From a virus, in the IMG/VR virus record IMGVR_UViG_3300008262_000018, positions 32,001 through 96,000 of that record: a stretch of DNA of 64,000 nucleotides; one strand, written 5' to 3'. This document shows positions 18,142 to 27,442 of this stretch, one piece after another. The translations under genes and the position numbers were made by a program. The notes beneath the pieces are model-generated. The model searched no databases and was not told where the DNA came from. It was given only the letters and a program-made list of their open reading frames with translations. The first letter of the stretch is position 1, and the number at the start of each line of letters is the position of its first letter.

Positions 18142-20243
18142 ATACATATAACAAGGGTGGATTTGTAACAACAGAAGCTACAACAAGACCTAGTGTATCA
18201 GAATCTGATAAACAACTTTTAGATGATGTTAGAAATAAAAAAATTGCTTGGTATAGTCAACGTGTTAATCATCCAGATCCTAGAATTAGCTCTGAAGCTA
18301 GACAAGCACTTGAGTTATTAAATAAGTTTCCTGCAGATCCTAGTAAAGATATAAAGTACACTGATATACCTCTTTTACAACAAAGTGGAGTTGTTGGTTT
18401 ATACCAACCTTATGAAAGAAAAATGTATTTAGCAGATCCTTATAAAACTTTTGATCAACAAGTAAAGTCATATTATCCTAGAGGACTAAGAAATCCAGGA
18501 GAAAAAGATGAACTTAAAAAATACTACGACTACGCTATGACTTCTGAACCAAGAAGTCATGAAGGTGAGCATTATTATGAACATCCTATATTAGATAATA
18601 TAGTTAATAAATATAACAATCAGATTTTTTCACAATATGCTGATCCAGATGTATATAGAGATCTGCTTTATGAAAGAGTAGGTAAACCTGAATTCCCTAA
18701 AAAAAGAGATCAATATGCATTTGATCTAGACGCTAATCATTTTTATAAATGGATGACAGGTACTGATGATCCTCGTTTTGGGTATAATAAAAGAAAAGGA
18801 GTTAATAAACATTTCACTCCAGCTGAAATGTATAGGGCACTTAATGATATAAGAACAGAATATAATATAGATGCTTCTAAAAATACAAGTCCTGAAGATT
18901 TTAAAACTATTTATGAAAAAGTTCAACAATCTTATAAAGATGCTAAAGAAAAGAAAGATAAGGGCGCTGCTATGAGATATGGTCATATGCTTGATCTTTT
19001 CTACATTCACGGAAATGATTTTGAAAAGATAAATAATTTGAATAACTTATTAGTGAGAGATGTGTCTTCGGATTTACCAGTTGCTGATGAAGGATTTATT
19101 GTTACAACAGATGTCACAAGTAAAAGTCCTTCTCAAATAACACGTGAGATAATCTTACTTGGGGAAATAGCTAGAGCTGAGCATGAGGAATTTAAAAAAA
19201 GGCTGAATGCCACTAAATTTTCATTAAGCAATCCACATTTAGCAACACTACCATCATCTGAAGATATGGCAGCTGCTAGAAGACTTGATGAACAAAAACA
19301 ATTCTATGAGGAAAACCCAAATGCTGGTACAATGGCAAGAGGTGATAATACAGTTCTTGTTAAAAACTTTCCTGTTACAGATCCTATAACAGGTAGACTT
19401 ATTCAACCTCAAAAACTCACAGCACCAGCTTGGGCAAAAGGATTATCTTATGAAGCTTGGGATATTGCAAATCAACCTGGTTTTGTTACTCGTTTGCAAA
19501 GAAATCCTTTGCCATTATGGGCACAATTGCTTGATCCTACAGGAGTTAGCAACTATGGAAATGTTAAAACATCTTATGAAGATATGGTAAACTCTGAAGG
19601 GTTTTGGCCTAAAATAGGTAATTCATTACTTTTTGGACTAGATGTTCTTAGTAGTATACCAATTATTGGAAAAGTTCCTAAAGTCCTATCAGGTGCTACT
19701 AAAGGATCAAAAGCTGTAAAAGGAGCAAGCAAAGCTTCTAAAGTTGCAAAAGTAGCAAAACCAAATGTTGCTAAAGAAATATTTTTAAGACCAATAACTA
19801 ATATAGATAGATTTACTGGAGCAAATAATTTATTTCGTTTATCATCAAATGCACCTACCTGGTTAAACAGAGCAACTAATCTAACAAATTCGTTTAATAG
19901 AGGTAGGCGATATTTTGGAGGATTATATCACGGTGGTATGTATGGATTAGATGCTCTTTCTAATTTAGGATCTCAAAATCAACCAGAATATATTCCAAGT
20001 GGTGTAGGTACTGTAGATACTGGATATACAGATAATCAAGAAAAAATTAAAAAAATAGAAAATGATTCTTTGTATGCTAGTCCAGGTGGTGATGATGAAA
20101 TAGTAACATTTCAACTCCCTGATGGGCGTGTTGTAAAAATGAGTTCAGGTAGTAAACCATACGCAGATTTAATGAACAGAATTGATTCTTATGATTTTGA
20201 TGATAAGAAAAACATGTTTATAATAAAAAAATATAAAAAATAA
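18129..20243 (+). CDS. Cargo-region protein with a HExxH zincin module and hydrophobic segment; may be a frameshifted continuation of 16813-18141
   Basis: RSHEGEHY motif; GTG start two bases after an A9 run; frame opens only at 18120. Confidence 0.65.
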   Translation: MGQLNTYNKGGFVTTEATTRPSVSESDKQLLDDVRNKKIAWYSQRVNHPDPRISSEARQALELLNKFPADPSKDIKYTDIPLLQQSGVVGLYQPYERKMYLADPYKTFDQQVKSYYPRGLRNPGEKDELKKYYDYAMTSEPRSHEGEHYYEHPILDNIVNKYNNQIFSQYADPDVYRDLLYERVGKPEFPKKRDQYAFDLDANHFYKWMTGTDDPRFGYNKRKGVNKHFTPAEMYRALNDIRTEYNIDASKNTSPEDFKTIYEKVQQSYKDAKEKKDKGAAMRYGHMLDLFYIHGNDFEKINNLNNLLVRDVSSDLPVADEGFIVTTDVTSKSPSQITREIILLGEIARAEHEEFKKRLNATKFSLSNPHLATLPSSEDMAAARRLDEQKQFYEENPNAGTMARGDNTVLVKNFPVTDPITGRLIQPQKLTAPAWAKGLSYEAWDIANQPGFVTRLQRNPLPLWAQLLDPTGVSNYGNVKTSYEDMVNSEGFWPKIGNSLLFGLDVLSSIPIIGKVPKVLSGATKGSKAVKGASKASKVAKVAKPNVAKEIFLRPITNIDRFTGANNLFRLSSNAPTWLNRATNLTNSFNRGRRYFGGLYHGGMYGLDALSNLGSQNQPEYIPSGVGTVDTGYTDNQEKIKKIENDSLYASPGGDDEIVTFQLPDGRVVKMSSGSKPYADLMNRIDSYDFDDKKNMFIIKKYKK

Positions 20244-20270
20244 TTATTCACAACTTTAAATTTAAAAACA

Positions 20271-22157
20271 ATGTATTACGGAACAAATCCTTATGGTTTA
20301 TCACCTTATATGTATGATGATCCATATACTACCTTGCAACGCGCTCAATATGGTTTAGAATCTGGTATGCCTTTTGAAGGTTTACCTCAATTAACTGGAT
20401 TACCAGAACCAGAACCTCAACCTGCAAATTACGCTTCATATCGTCAATTTAAAGATGCTTATGATAAATGGGTTATTGACAACTCTATGCTATCTCAAAT
20501 GGCTAATGTAGAAGATCCTGGTTTAGTTTCAGATCAAGGTGTAGTTGTACAAAATCAATCACCTTCTGGTTTTGTAGAACCTTCTTATCAAGGTCCAACT
20601 GTTGTTGAATATCTTGGATCAGCTGGTAAAACTTCAGATTATGCTACAAGAAAGCAAATTGCTAAAGTTTTGGGTATTCCAAATTACAAGGGTACTGCTT
20701 CTCAGAATAAGTTAATGATTAATCTTTTAGCTCAAAATCCAGCAGTTTTAAATAGTATTGCACAAAGTGTTAGTAGAGGTAGAGTAGTAGCACCTACTGG
20801 AATAGCTCCATCTCCTTCTATTGAAGAAGAAGAAGTTATTGTAGAAGATACAACTGGTGTAAACATTCCTATTGTTGATAGTTCTGGTAATGTTATTGAT
20901 ACAACGTCAGGAAGAGTTCTTACAACATTACCTAAATCTACTTATAAATCTAAAGGAAAAAAAGAAGAAGGATCTAGTAATCTTGAAAAAGCAATTGCTG
21001 CTTTATCTGCAACAGCACTTATAGGTGGAGCTGGGTATGCTGGTTTTGTAGAAGCAAAAAATATAATTGCTAGTACGTATAATTTAACAGGTGAAAATTT
21101 AAAATTATACAATGAGATTAGTAAAAAAAGAATAATGCCTAAAGTAAGAGGTGCTATAAAAGCTTGGGAAAACTTAGGAGATGAGGGTCAAGCAACATGG
21201 CGTGAACTAGACGATATGATTCGAGAAGATGCACGTATAGCTCGTAAGTATAAAGGTATGACAGCTGAAGAAAGAGTTGCATTTGATCTTCTTGAAGAAC
21301 AACGTAAACTTGAAACTGCTACTCGTACTCAGAAAACCAATATGAGATTAATGCAAAAATATGCTCCAAAAGGTACACCAAAGCTTACAGTTCCAAACAC
21401 TCCAAAAGCATTACCAAAAGTAAAAGCTCCTGTATCAACAGGGAGAGTTCTTCCTAAAGCTACTTTCTCATATCAAGGAGCAGCTCAACAACTTGGAAAT
21501 ACAATGACAAGAGCTTCAAACTATATAAAAGCAAGCAAGCCTTTTCAGAGAACATCAAGTTACTTAGATGAAATTTCAGCTACAGCTAGAAATCTTAAAA
21601 ATTCAAAAGCTTTTAAAACTGCTGGTAATTTGTTAAAAAGATTTAGATTTCAAGAGGGTGGTGAACAGCAAAATCAAATGATGCAACAAATTATTAGTTT
21701 TATTTCTCAAGAGTTACAACAAAATAAATCACCTTATCAAATAGCTGAAGCTTTAATGACGTATGGTATTTCACAAAAAGATGCTTTAGATTTAGTTGAT
21801 CAAGTTACAATGCAGATGTCACAATATATGCAATCAAATATGGCTGGTGCTCCACAAGGAGAAGATCAAGGATATATGTCAGCAGATCAAGGAGAAGCAG
21901 CTCAACAACAAATGATGATGGCATATGGTGGTGGATATTCAGGTACGTATGATCAAGGATCAGGATCTTATTTTCAAGCAGGAGGATCTTTTGTTCCTAC
22001 ATATGGTGATATTCTTCCTCAGTATATGTATGGTTCTGGTTATGATCAATCTTATATGCAAGATGGTGGTTCATTAAATATAGGAGATATGCTTGATGTA
22101 ACTCCAGAACAAATGGAGTATCTTCGCCAACAGGGATATGATTTTGACACAGTGTAA
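20271..22157 (+). CDS. Cargo-region protein with DUF3597-like peptidoglycan-binding domain, hydrophobic helix and GG-motif array
   Basis: TVVEYL..AG...RKQIAKVLGIPNYKGTASQN; AIAALSATALIGGAGYAGF; FQEGG, MAYGG, FQAGG, MQDGG. Confidence 0.6.
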   Translation: MYYGTNPYGLSPYMYDDPYTTLQRAQYGLESGMPFEGLPQLTGLPEPEPQPANYASYRQFKDAYDKWVIDNSMLSQMANVEDPGLVSDQGVVVQNQSPSGFVEPSYQGPTVVEYLGSAGKTSDYATRKQIAKVLGIPNYKGTASQNKLMINLLAQNPAVLNSIAQSVSRGRVVAPTGIAPSPSIEEEEVIVEDTTGVNIPIVDSSGNVIDTTSGRVLTTLPKSTYKSKGKKEEGSSNLEKAIAALSATALIGGAGYAGFVEAKNIIASTYNLTGENLKLYNEISKKRIMPKVRGAIKAWENLGDEGQATWRELDDMIREDARIARKYKGMTAEERVAFDLLEEQRKLETATRTQKTNMRLMQKYAPKGTPKLTVPNTPKALPKVKAPVSTGRVLPKATFSYQGAAQQLGNTMTRASNYIKASKPFQRTSSYLDEISATARNLKNSKAFKTAGNLLKRFRFQEGGEQQNQMMQQIISFISQELQQNKSPYQIAEALMTYGISQKDALDLVDQVTMQMSQYMQSNMAGAPQGEDQGYMSADQGEAAQQQMMMAYGGGYSGTYDQGSGSYFQAGGSFVPTYGDILPQYMYGSGYDQSYMQDGGSLNIGDMLDVTPEQMEYLRQQGYDFDTV

Positions 22158-22168
22158 AATATATTATA

Positions 22169-24934
22169 ATGCCTAGAATTATTATTAAAAGAAAAGGATT
22201 GGTAAAAGCATTTGATGGGTTAAATCTAACAACAACTAGCACAACTTCAGCTTCTGGAGTAGTAGGAAGTGGTGTTTTTGCTCCTGGATACGGGGTTAAT
22301 GCTACAACTACAACTACAACAAAACCTCCTATTCCTTTTTCAGGTGCAGGAACTAATCCAAATGAAAGTACTACTAACCCATTTAGTACAAATTTTAATG
22401 CATTGGATTGGGCTAGAGATTTGTATATGAACCCTGCTAAATCTTCTCCACAACCTGAAAGACTAAGTTGGGCTGAAAGAACTCAAGATAATCTTAATAG
22501 ATTTTATTCTTCATTAGATGATATTAGAGCACCTTTAGCAGAATATGATGCTTATAGAAGAAATAGAAGAGCAGAAAGATTTGATAGGGAAAATAGTTTA
22601 CCTGATAACTATTTAGCAGTGGGTCAGCAAAGTGCAGCTAATACTAGAGGGGATTGGGATATAAATACAGGTATGTTTGGTAAACAAGGTAGTTATGTTG
22701 CAAACAAAGGACAAACTATTAATCCTACAGGTTTTTTACCTGAAAGGGGCTTTAATAACAGAAACGCACAATATGGAGGGCAACAAGGTATGAAAATTAG
22801 AATAACAGGACTACCAAACCAAGAACAAATGGCTTATGGTGGTCAAGCAAGACATTCGTTAGATATTAGAAGAGATGCTTTAGCAAATCCTAATATTACA
22901 TATGAAGATCCATATGAAGTTAATAATACACTTCAACCTGTTCCCAGAGATGAAGCAAATCTAGAAGCAGAAAAAGATGAAACTGTTTTTGGAGATATTG
23001 ATGGAGATGGTGGTTTTGAACATTTTAAAGTGGGAGGTAAGCGACATTCTCAAGGAGGCACTCCATTAAATCTACCTGAAGGATCTTTTGTATTTTCAGA
23101 CACTGCTAAAATGAAAATAAAAGATGGAGAAGTTCTAGCCTACTTTGGATTGAAACCTAAAAAAGGTGGATACACTCCTGCTGAAATTGCTAAGAGATAT
23201 GATATAAATAGATATAAAGGTATTCTTGAAAATCCTGAAGCTGATGAACTTAGTAAAAATACAGCACAGCAGATGGTGAATAATTACAATAAGAAACTTG
23301 CGTATCTTGCTCTTATTCAAGAATCAATGAAAGGATTTCCACAAGGTATTCCTGAAGTTGCTCAAAAAATTCTTGGATTAGAAGCTCCAGAAGAACAAAT
23401 GGCTTCACCTGAAGATGAAGAAATGGCTATGCAAATGGGGCAACAACCTCAGATGATGGGACAACAACCAAGTGAAGAAGAAATGATGATGATGCAACAA
23501 CAAGGTGCAGAACAGCAAGCTCCTCAAGAACAAGCAGGACAAATGTTTTCTTATGGTGGTGAGTCTCAACTTATGAAATATGCACCTGGAGGTGCTTTTG
23601 ATTTTCCAACAACAAGTACATCAACTTTAGTTGGTAGTGGCTCATCTTTTGATCCAAATGTAACATATCAACATACAGCAACTCAACCTGGTTATTTAGA
23701 TTATAGTGATCCTAATTATGCTGGAGGTATATGGGCTGGTGATAGATATGAGACTGAATGGAAACCTTTAGTTAGTACAACTCTTGATGATCCAACTAAG
23801 TATGATAGAGTTGTAGAAGCTCTTGATAATTATACAGGTCCTGATGCAGATGATGTTAGAGCAATTATGTCTAACGCTAGATCAAGTGGGGATTTAAAAG
23901 GTAGAATTAGAACTTACTCTACAGACACTAAAGTAGGACCTTTTCATAATGCTGTTTATAGTGCTATAAATAGTATAAATGATACTACAACAACTACTAC
24001 TGCAGCTGTTGTACCAGATAAAAAAATTGGATGGAAGTGTGACCCAGCTACAAATAAACCTGTACCAAAAGAATATGCTACAGATGCTGAAATGACAGCT
24101 GATGGTGCTGTAACATATGAGAATCAAGCTAGTCTTCCTTGTGCAAAACCTGGTGATGTAAATTCAGGTAAACCAAGTAATGTTCCTTATGGACCATTGT
24201 GGCCTGATACAAGAAACCTTGCTAGAGCTGGTATGTTCCCACCAAGAAATTATTCTTTAGGTATTAAAGCAGCTCCTTATTCGGAAGATTCTGTATTTTT
24301 AAAAGATCCTAGACAACAACTTGCTGAAAATCAAAGTTTGCAAAACGCTGCTATGCAAGCACTTAGTACATCAGGAGATGTAAGAACATTAGGATCTATA
24401 GGAGCTGGTCTTCAAGGTCAAAGTTTAGCAAATGCTTCTAAAATTATTGATCAGGTTCAAGGTCAAAATGTAGATATTTTAAATGATTGGGCTAAATTAC
24501 GTGGTCAAAAACAACAAGCATACAATCAATATGCTGCTGATCTTGCTACACAAAGAGCATTTTTAAGTAAAGACACAGACGTATTTAATTTAAATCAACA
24601 AAGAGCTTACCAAAGAGGACTAGGTCTTGCTGAAACAAATCTTTGGAATAACATGATGAAGATGGGTCTTCTTAATGCTACTAACCCTCGTTATAATATT
24701 GATCCTAGAACAGGTCGTGTTATATTTAAAGGTGGTTATGGACCTGGAAATTTTGGAGGAGGATCTCAGTTTCAATATGGTACTAGAGAACACTATCTTG
24801 AAATGAAATCTCGTTTTCCAACATTAAGTGAAGAAGAATATTTAAGGATGGGTAAAAACTTTCCAAGCAAAACAGAAGAACCAGATCCTTATGCTCCTTA
24901 TTACAATTTTTATAATCCAACAATTCCTGAATGA
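22169..24934 (+). CDS. Internal virion (cargo) protein, crAss-like
   Basis: ANLEAEKDE...GGKRHSQGGTP...FVFSD motif typical of crAss-like cargo proteins; Q/M-rich and T-rich tracts; GG linkers. Confidence 0.65.
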   Translation: MPRIIIKRKGLVKAFDGLNLTTTSTTSASGVVGSGVFAPGYGVNATTTTTTKPPIPFSGAGTNPNESTTNPFSTNFNALDWARDLYMNPAKSSPQPERLSWAERTQDNLNRFYSSLDDIRAPLAEYDAYRRNRRAERFDRENSLPDNYLAVGQQSAANTRGDWDINTGMFGKQGSYVANKGQTINPTGFLPERGFNNRNAQYGGQQGMKIRITGLPNQEQMAYGGQARHSLDIRRDALANPNITYEDPYEVNNTLQPVPRDEANLEAEKDETVFGDIDGDGGFEHFKVGGKRHSQGGTPLNLPEGSFVFSDTAKMKIKDGEVLAYFGLKPKKGGYTPAEIAKRYDINRYKGILENPEADELSKNTAQQMVNNYNKKLAYLALIQESMKGFPQGIPEVAQKILGLEAPEEQMASPEDEEMAMQMGQQPQMMGQQPSEEEMMMMQQQGAEQQAPQEQAGQMFSYGGESQLMKYAPGGAFDFPTTSTSTLVGSGSSFDPNVTYQHTATQPGYLDYSDPNYAGGIWAGDRYETEWKPLVSTTLDDPTKYDRVVEALDNYTGPDADDVRAIMSNARSSGDLKGRIRTYSTDTKVGPFHNAVYSAINSINDTTTTTTAAVVPDKKIGWKCDPATNKPVPKEYATDAEMTADGAVTYENQASLPCAKPGDVNSGKPSNVPYGPLWPDTRNLARAGMFPPRNYSLGIKAAPYSEDSVFLKDPRQQLAENQSLQNAAMQALSTSGDVRTLGSIGAGLQGQSLANASKIIDQVQGQNVDILNDWAKLRGQKQQAYNQYAADLATQRAFLSKDTDVFNLNQQRAYQRGLGLAETNLWNNMMKMGLLNATNPRYNIDPRTGRVIFKGGYGPGNFGGGSQFQYGTREHYLEMKSRFPTLSEEEYLRMGKNFPSKTEEPDPYAPYYNFYNPTIPE

Positions 24935-24942
24935 TTTTTAAT

Positions 24943-25001
24943 TAAACTTTAAAAGTTTAGTTTTAAACTTTTAAAATTTTATAGTATATTATATTATAAA
25001 G
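24943..25001 (+). promoter_or_regulatory. Extended element copy 2, including TATATTATATTATA promoter motif and AAACTTT/AAAGTTT inverted repeat
   Basis: Similar to 3115-3171 and to the 14-mer at 1425 and 58903. Confidence 0.55.
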
Positions 25002-25003
25002 GT

Positions 25004-27418
25004 ATGAGACAATATTACTCTGGTATTACACCCGTTTTTCCTGATCCTGTACTTTACTCTCCAGATTTTTCCTATATGGATAAAATGCTGCAGCGTAAAG
25101 AGCAACAGTATAATAGTGGATTTAGCAAACTAGCTAATCAATGGGCGTATATTTCAAGACCTGTAACAAATCCTGAAAATGCAAAGGTTAGGGATGCTTT
25201 TTTAAAACAGGCTAAAGAAAATTTAAAAAATCTTTCTACATTAGATTTATCTGAGTATCAAAATGTTGAGGCAGCTATGAACGTTTTTGCTCCTTATCAA
25301 AACAATGAAAATCTTATTGGAGATCAAGAACTTACAGCATTTTATAATGAGCAAGAAAATATAGCTGAAGGATATAGAAATACAGAAGGAGGTAAGTATT
25401 TTAATGAAGATAATTTAAATGATATTAGATTACAAAGATCTTTATTTGCTCAAGCTAAACCTACTGATTGGAAATCATTTTATAGTGGTAAAAGACCTTA
25501 TAATCCCTATTATGATACTCAAGATGAGTATACTAAATTAATGGAGAAATTCAAACCATCAAGTGTTACAACAATTAATAAAAATGGTTTTTATATTACA
25601 ACAATCACTGATAAGTCTTGGTATAAAGAAGATATCCAAAGGTATTTAAATGGAATGCTTTCTGAGAAAGCTAAAAACCAATGGGAAATTGAAGCTCGTG
25701 TTAGGCTTAATTCTAATCCAGATGGCGTTAAAGAATTATATTTACAGCAATCTAAAGAGAGACTTCCTGCTATTGATAAAGAACTTAATAGAATAAATGT
25801 TGAACTTGTAAAAGCAAAAACACAAGAAGAAAAAGATGCTTTATTAAAAAATAAAGATTACTTTATAAATCTTAAAAAAGAGCTTTCTGATAATGTTTCT
25901 AAAATTGAAAAAGGTGATCAAAACTTTATAAGACAAAATTTAGAGTCATTTTCAAAATCAGTGTATATAAATGGTGTTATAGATAAAATAGCAACTGCAA
26001 ATCAGCATAAAGATATAGATCAAAAACTAGACTTTGATCAAGCTGCTTTAACTGTTTATCAGCAGCAACAACAAAACTGGAGAACTAAATATTCTGAAGA
26101 TGCACAAACCTATAGAACAAAATTAGCAATTGCAGCAGATGAGCGTAAGCGTAAAAGTGGTAGTGGTGATGATGGTGACGTACCTCCTATAACAGTATCT
26201 GACCCTGGTGGCACTTCAGATGTTAATGAACCATTAAATTTTGAACAACTAAAAGAAAAAGCAAGTCAAGCTAAAACAGAAACTGCTATTAAACATGATG
26301 AACTTGTAACTTATATTAAAAGTAGTACTAATAAAAAAGATTTAAGTGAAACAGAATTTCAAAGTTGGGTAGCAAGTCATCCTAATAATCAATTGGTTAA
26401 AGAGTATGTACAAAAAGCTCATAATCAACAAGCTTGGGAATCAATGGGTGAAAGAAGAAAAGAGGATGCGATGAGATTTGCTATTAATCAAATAGGAGAA
26501 GAAAATTATAATAAATTGGTCGAATGGAATAAGACAAAACAATATTATTCTCCCAATGAATCTGCTCCACCTGAACAAATTGTTCAATCAAGGGGGGATA
26601 TGTATAATCTTAATCGTGGACAACGTTTACAAACACAATTTCAAATAGACAAGTTTGCAAGGGAGCAAGCAAATACACAAACAGGTTTTGATGGAAATGC
26701 TTATAATAAACAATTCGATGCTTATGTTAAATCGTATCTTGCAGAAAAAAAGGATGTTGCTCTTAACACTAAAGGTTCTATGTATACAAAAAATGTAATA
26801 GGATTTAAACCAAGACAAGCAACTATAGCTGGTTTAGCAGGATTAGATGTAGATGATGTAACAAGCATTGTTGCAGTACCTACAACTAATGGATTAAACA
26901 TTAGTTTTAAAATTAATGAAAGTAAAGAAAATCCTTATAATGAAGACAAGCATACTATTATTGCTAATAGTATAACAACTAGACTTTCAGGTAGTGGAGC
27001 ATCTGTAGGAGAATATAATTCAGAAACTAAAACAATAACAGTTAGAAATGTACCTACATTAGATGCATTTATGGATGATGATGTTTACGGATCTATAGAT
27101 CATTCATATCATGTGCAAGTTAATGATATTGTTAACTGGAGAGGTAATATTCCAGGTGCAGATAAAATAATTCCTCTTGCTGTTAAAGATGCTGGAGGTA
27201 AAAATCGTGTATTTGAAATTAAAAAAGTAACAGGTTATAGTCCAGATTCTGATTTTTATATGTTATTAAATCCTCTAGATAGAAGTAATTTACATGAAGA
27301 TGTAACATATAGAAATATAGTTGCTCCATATAACGCATTAGCTTATTTATTAAATAATAATTCTGATGATATAGATCTTATGTTACAAACAAAAGCTAAT
27401 AAAAATAAAGGCCAGTAA
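25004..27418 (+). CDS. Helical internal virion (cargo) protein
   Basis: 804 aa, coiled-coil rich; lies directly before the vRNAP gene as in crAss-like genomes. Confidence 0.6.
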   Translation: MRQYYSGITPVFPDPVLYSPDFSYMDKMLQRKEQQYNSGFSKLANQWAYISRPVTNPENAKVRDAFLKQAKENLKNLSTLDLSEYQNVEAAMNVFAPYQNNENLIGDQELTAFYNEQENIAEGYRNTEGGKYFNEDNLNDIRLQRSLFAQAKPTDWKSFYSGKRPYNPYYDTQDEYTKLMEKFKPSSVTTINKNGFYITTITDKSWYKEDIQRYLNGMLSEKAKNQWEIEARVRLNSNPDGVKELYLQQSKERLPAIDKELNRINVELVKAKTQEEKDALLKNKDYFINLKKELSDNVSKIEKGDQNFIRQNLESFSKSVYINGVIDKIATANQHKDIDQKLDFDQAALTVYQQQQQNWRTKYSEDAQTYRTKLAIAADERKRKSGSGDDGDVPPITVSDPGGTSDVNEPLNFEQLKEKASQAKTETAIKHDELVTYIKSSTNKKDLSETEFQSWVASHPNNQLVKEYVQKAHNQQAWESMGERRKEDAMRFAINQIGEENYNKLVEWNKTKQYYSPNESAPPEQIVQSRGDMYNLNRGQRLQTQFQIDKFAREQANTQTGFDGNAYNKQFDAYVKSYLAEKKDVALNTKGSMYTKNVIGFKPRQATIAGLAGLDVDDVTSIVAVPTTNGLNISFKINESKENPYNEDKHTIIANSITTRLSGSGASVGEYNSETKTITVRNVPTLDAFMDDDVYGSIDHSYHVQVNDIVNWRGNIPGADKIIPLAVKDAGGKNRVFEIKKVTGYSPDSDFYMLLNPLDRSNLHEDVTYRNIVAPYNALAYLLNNNSDDIDLMLQTKANKNKGQ

Positions 27419-27442
27419 ATAATTTTATAACCAGTTTAGGAT

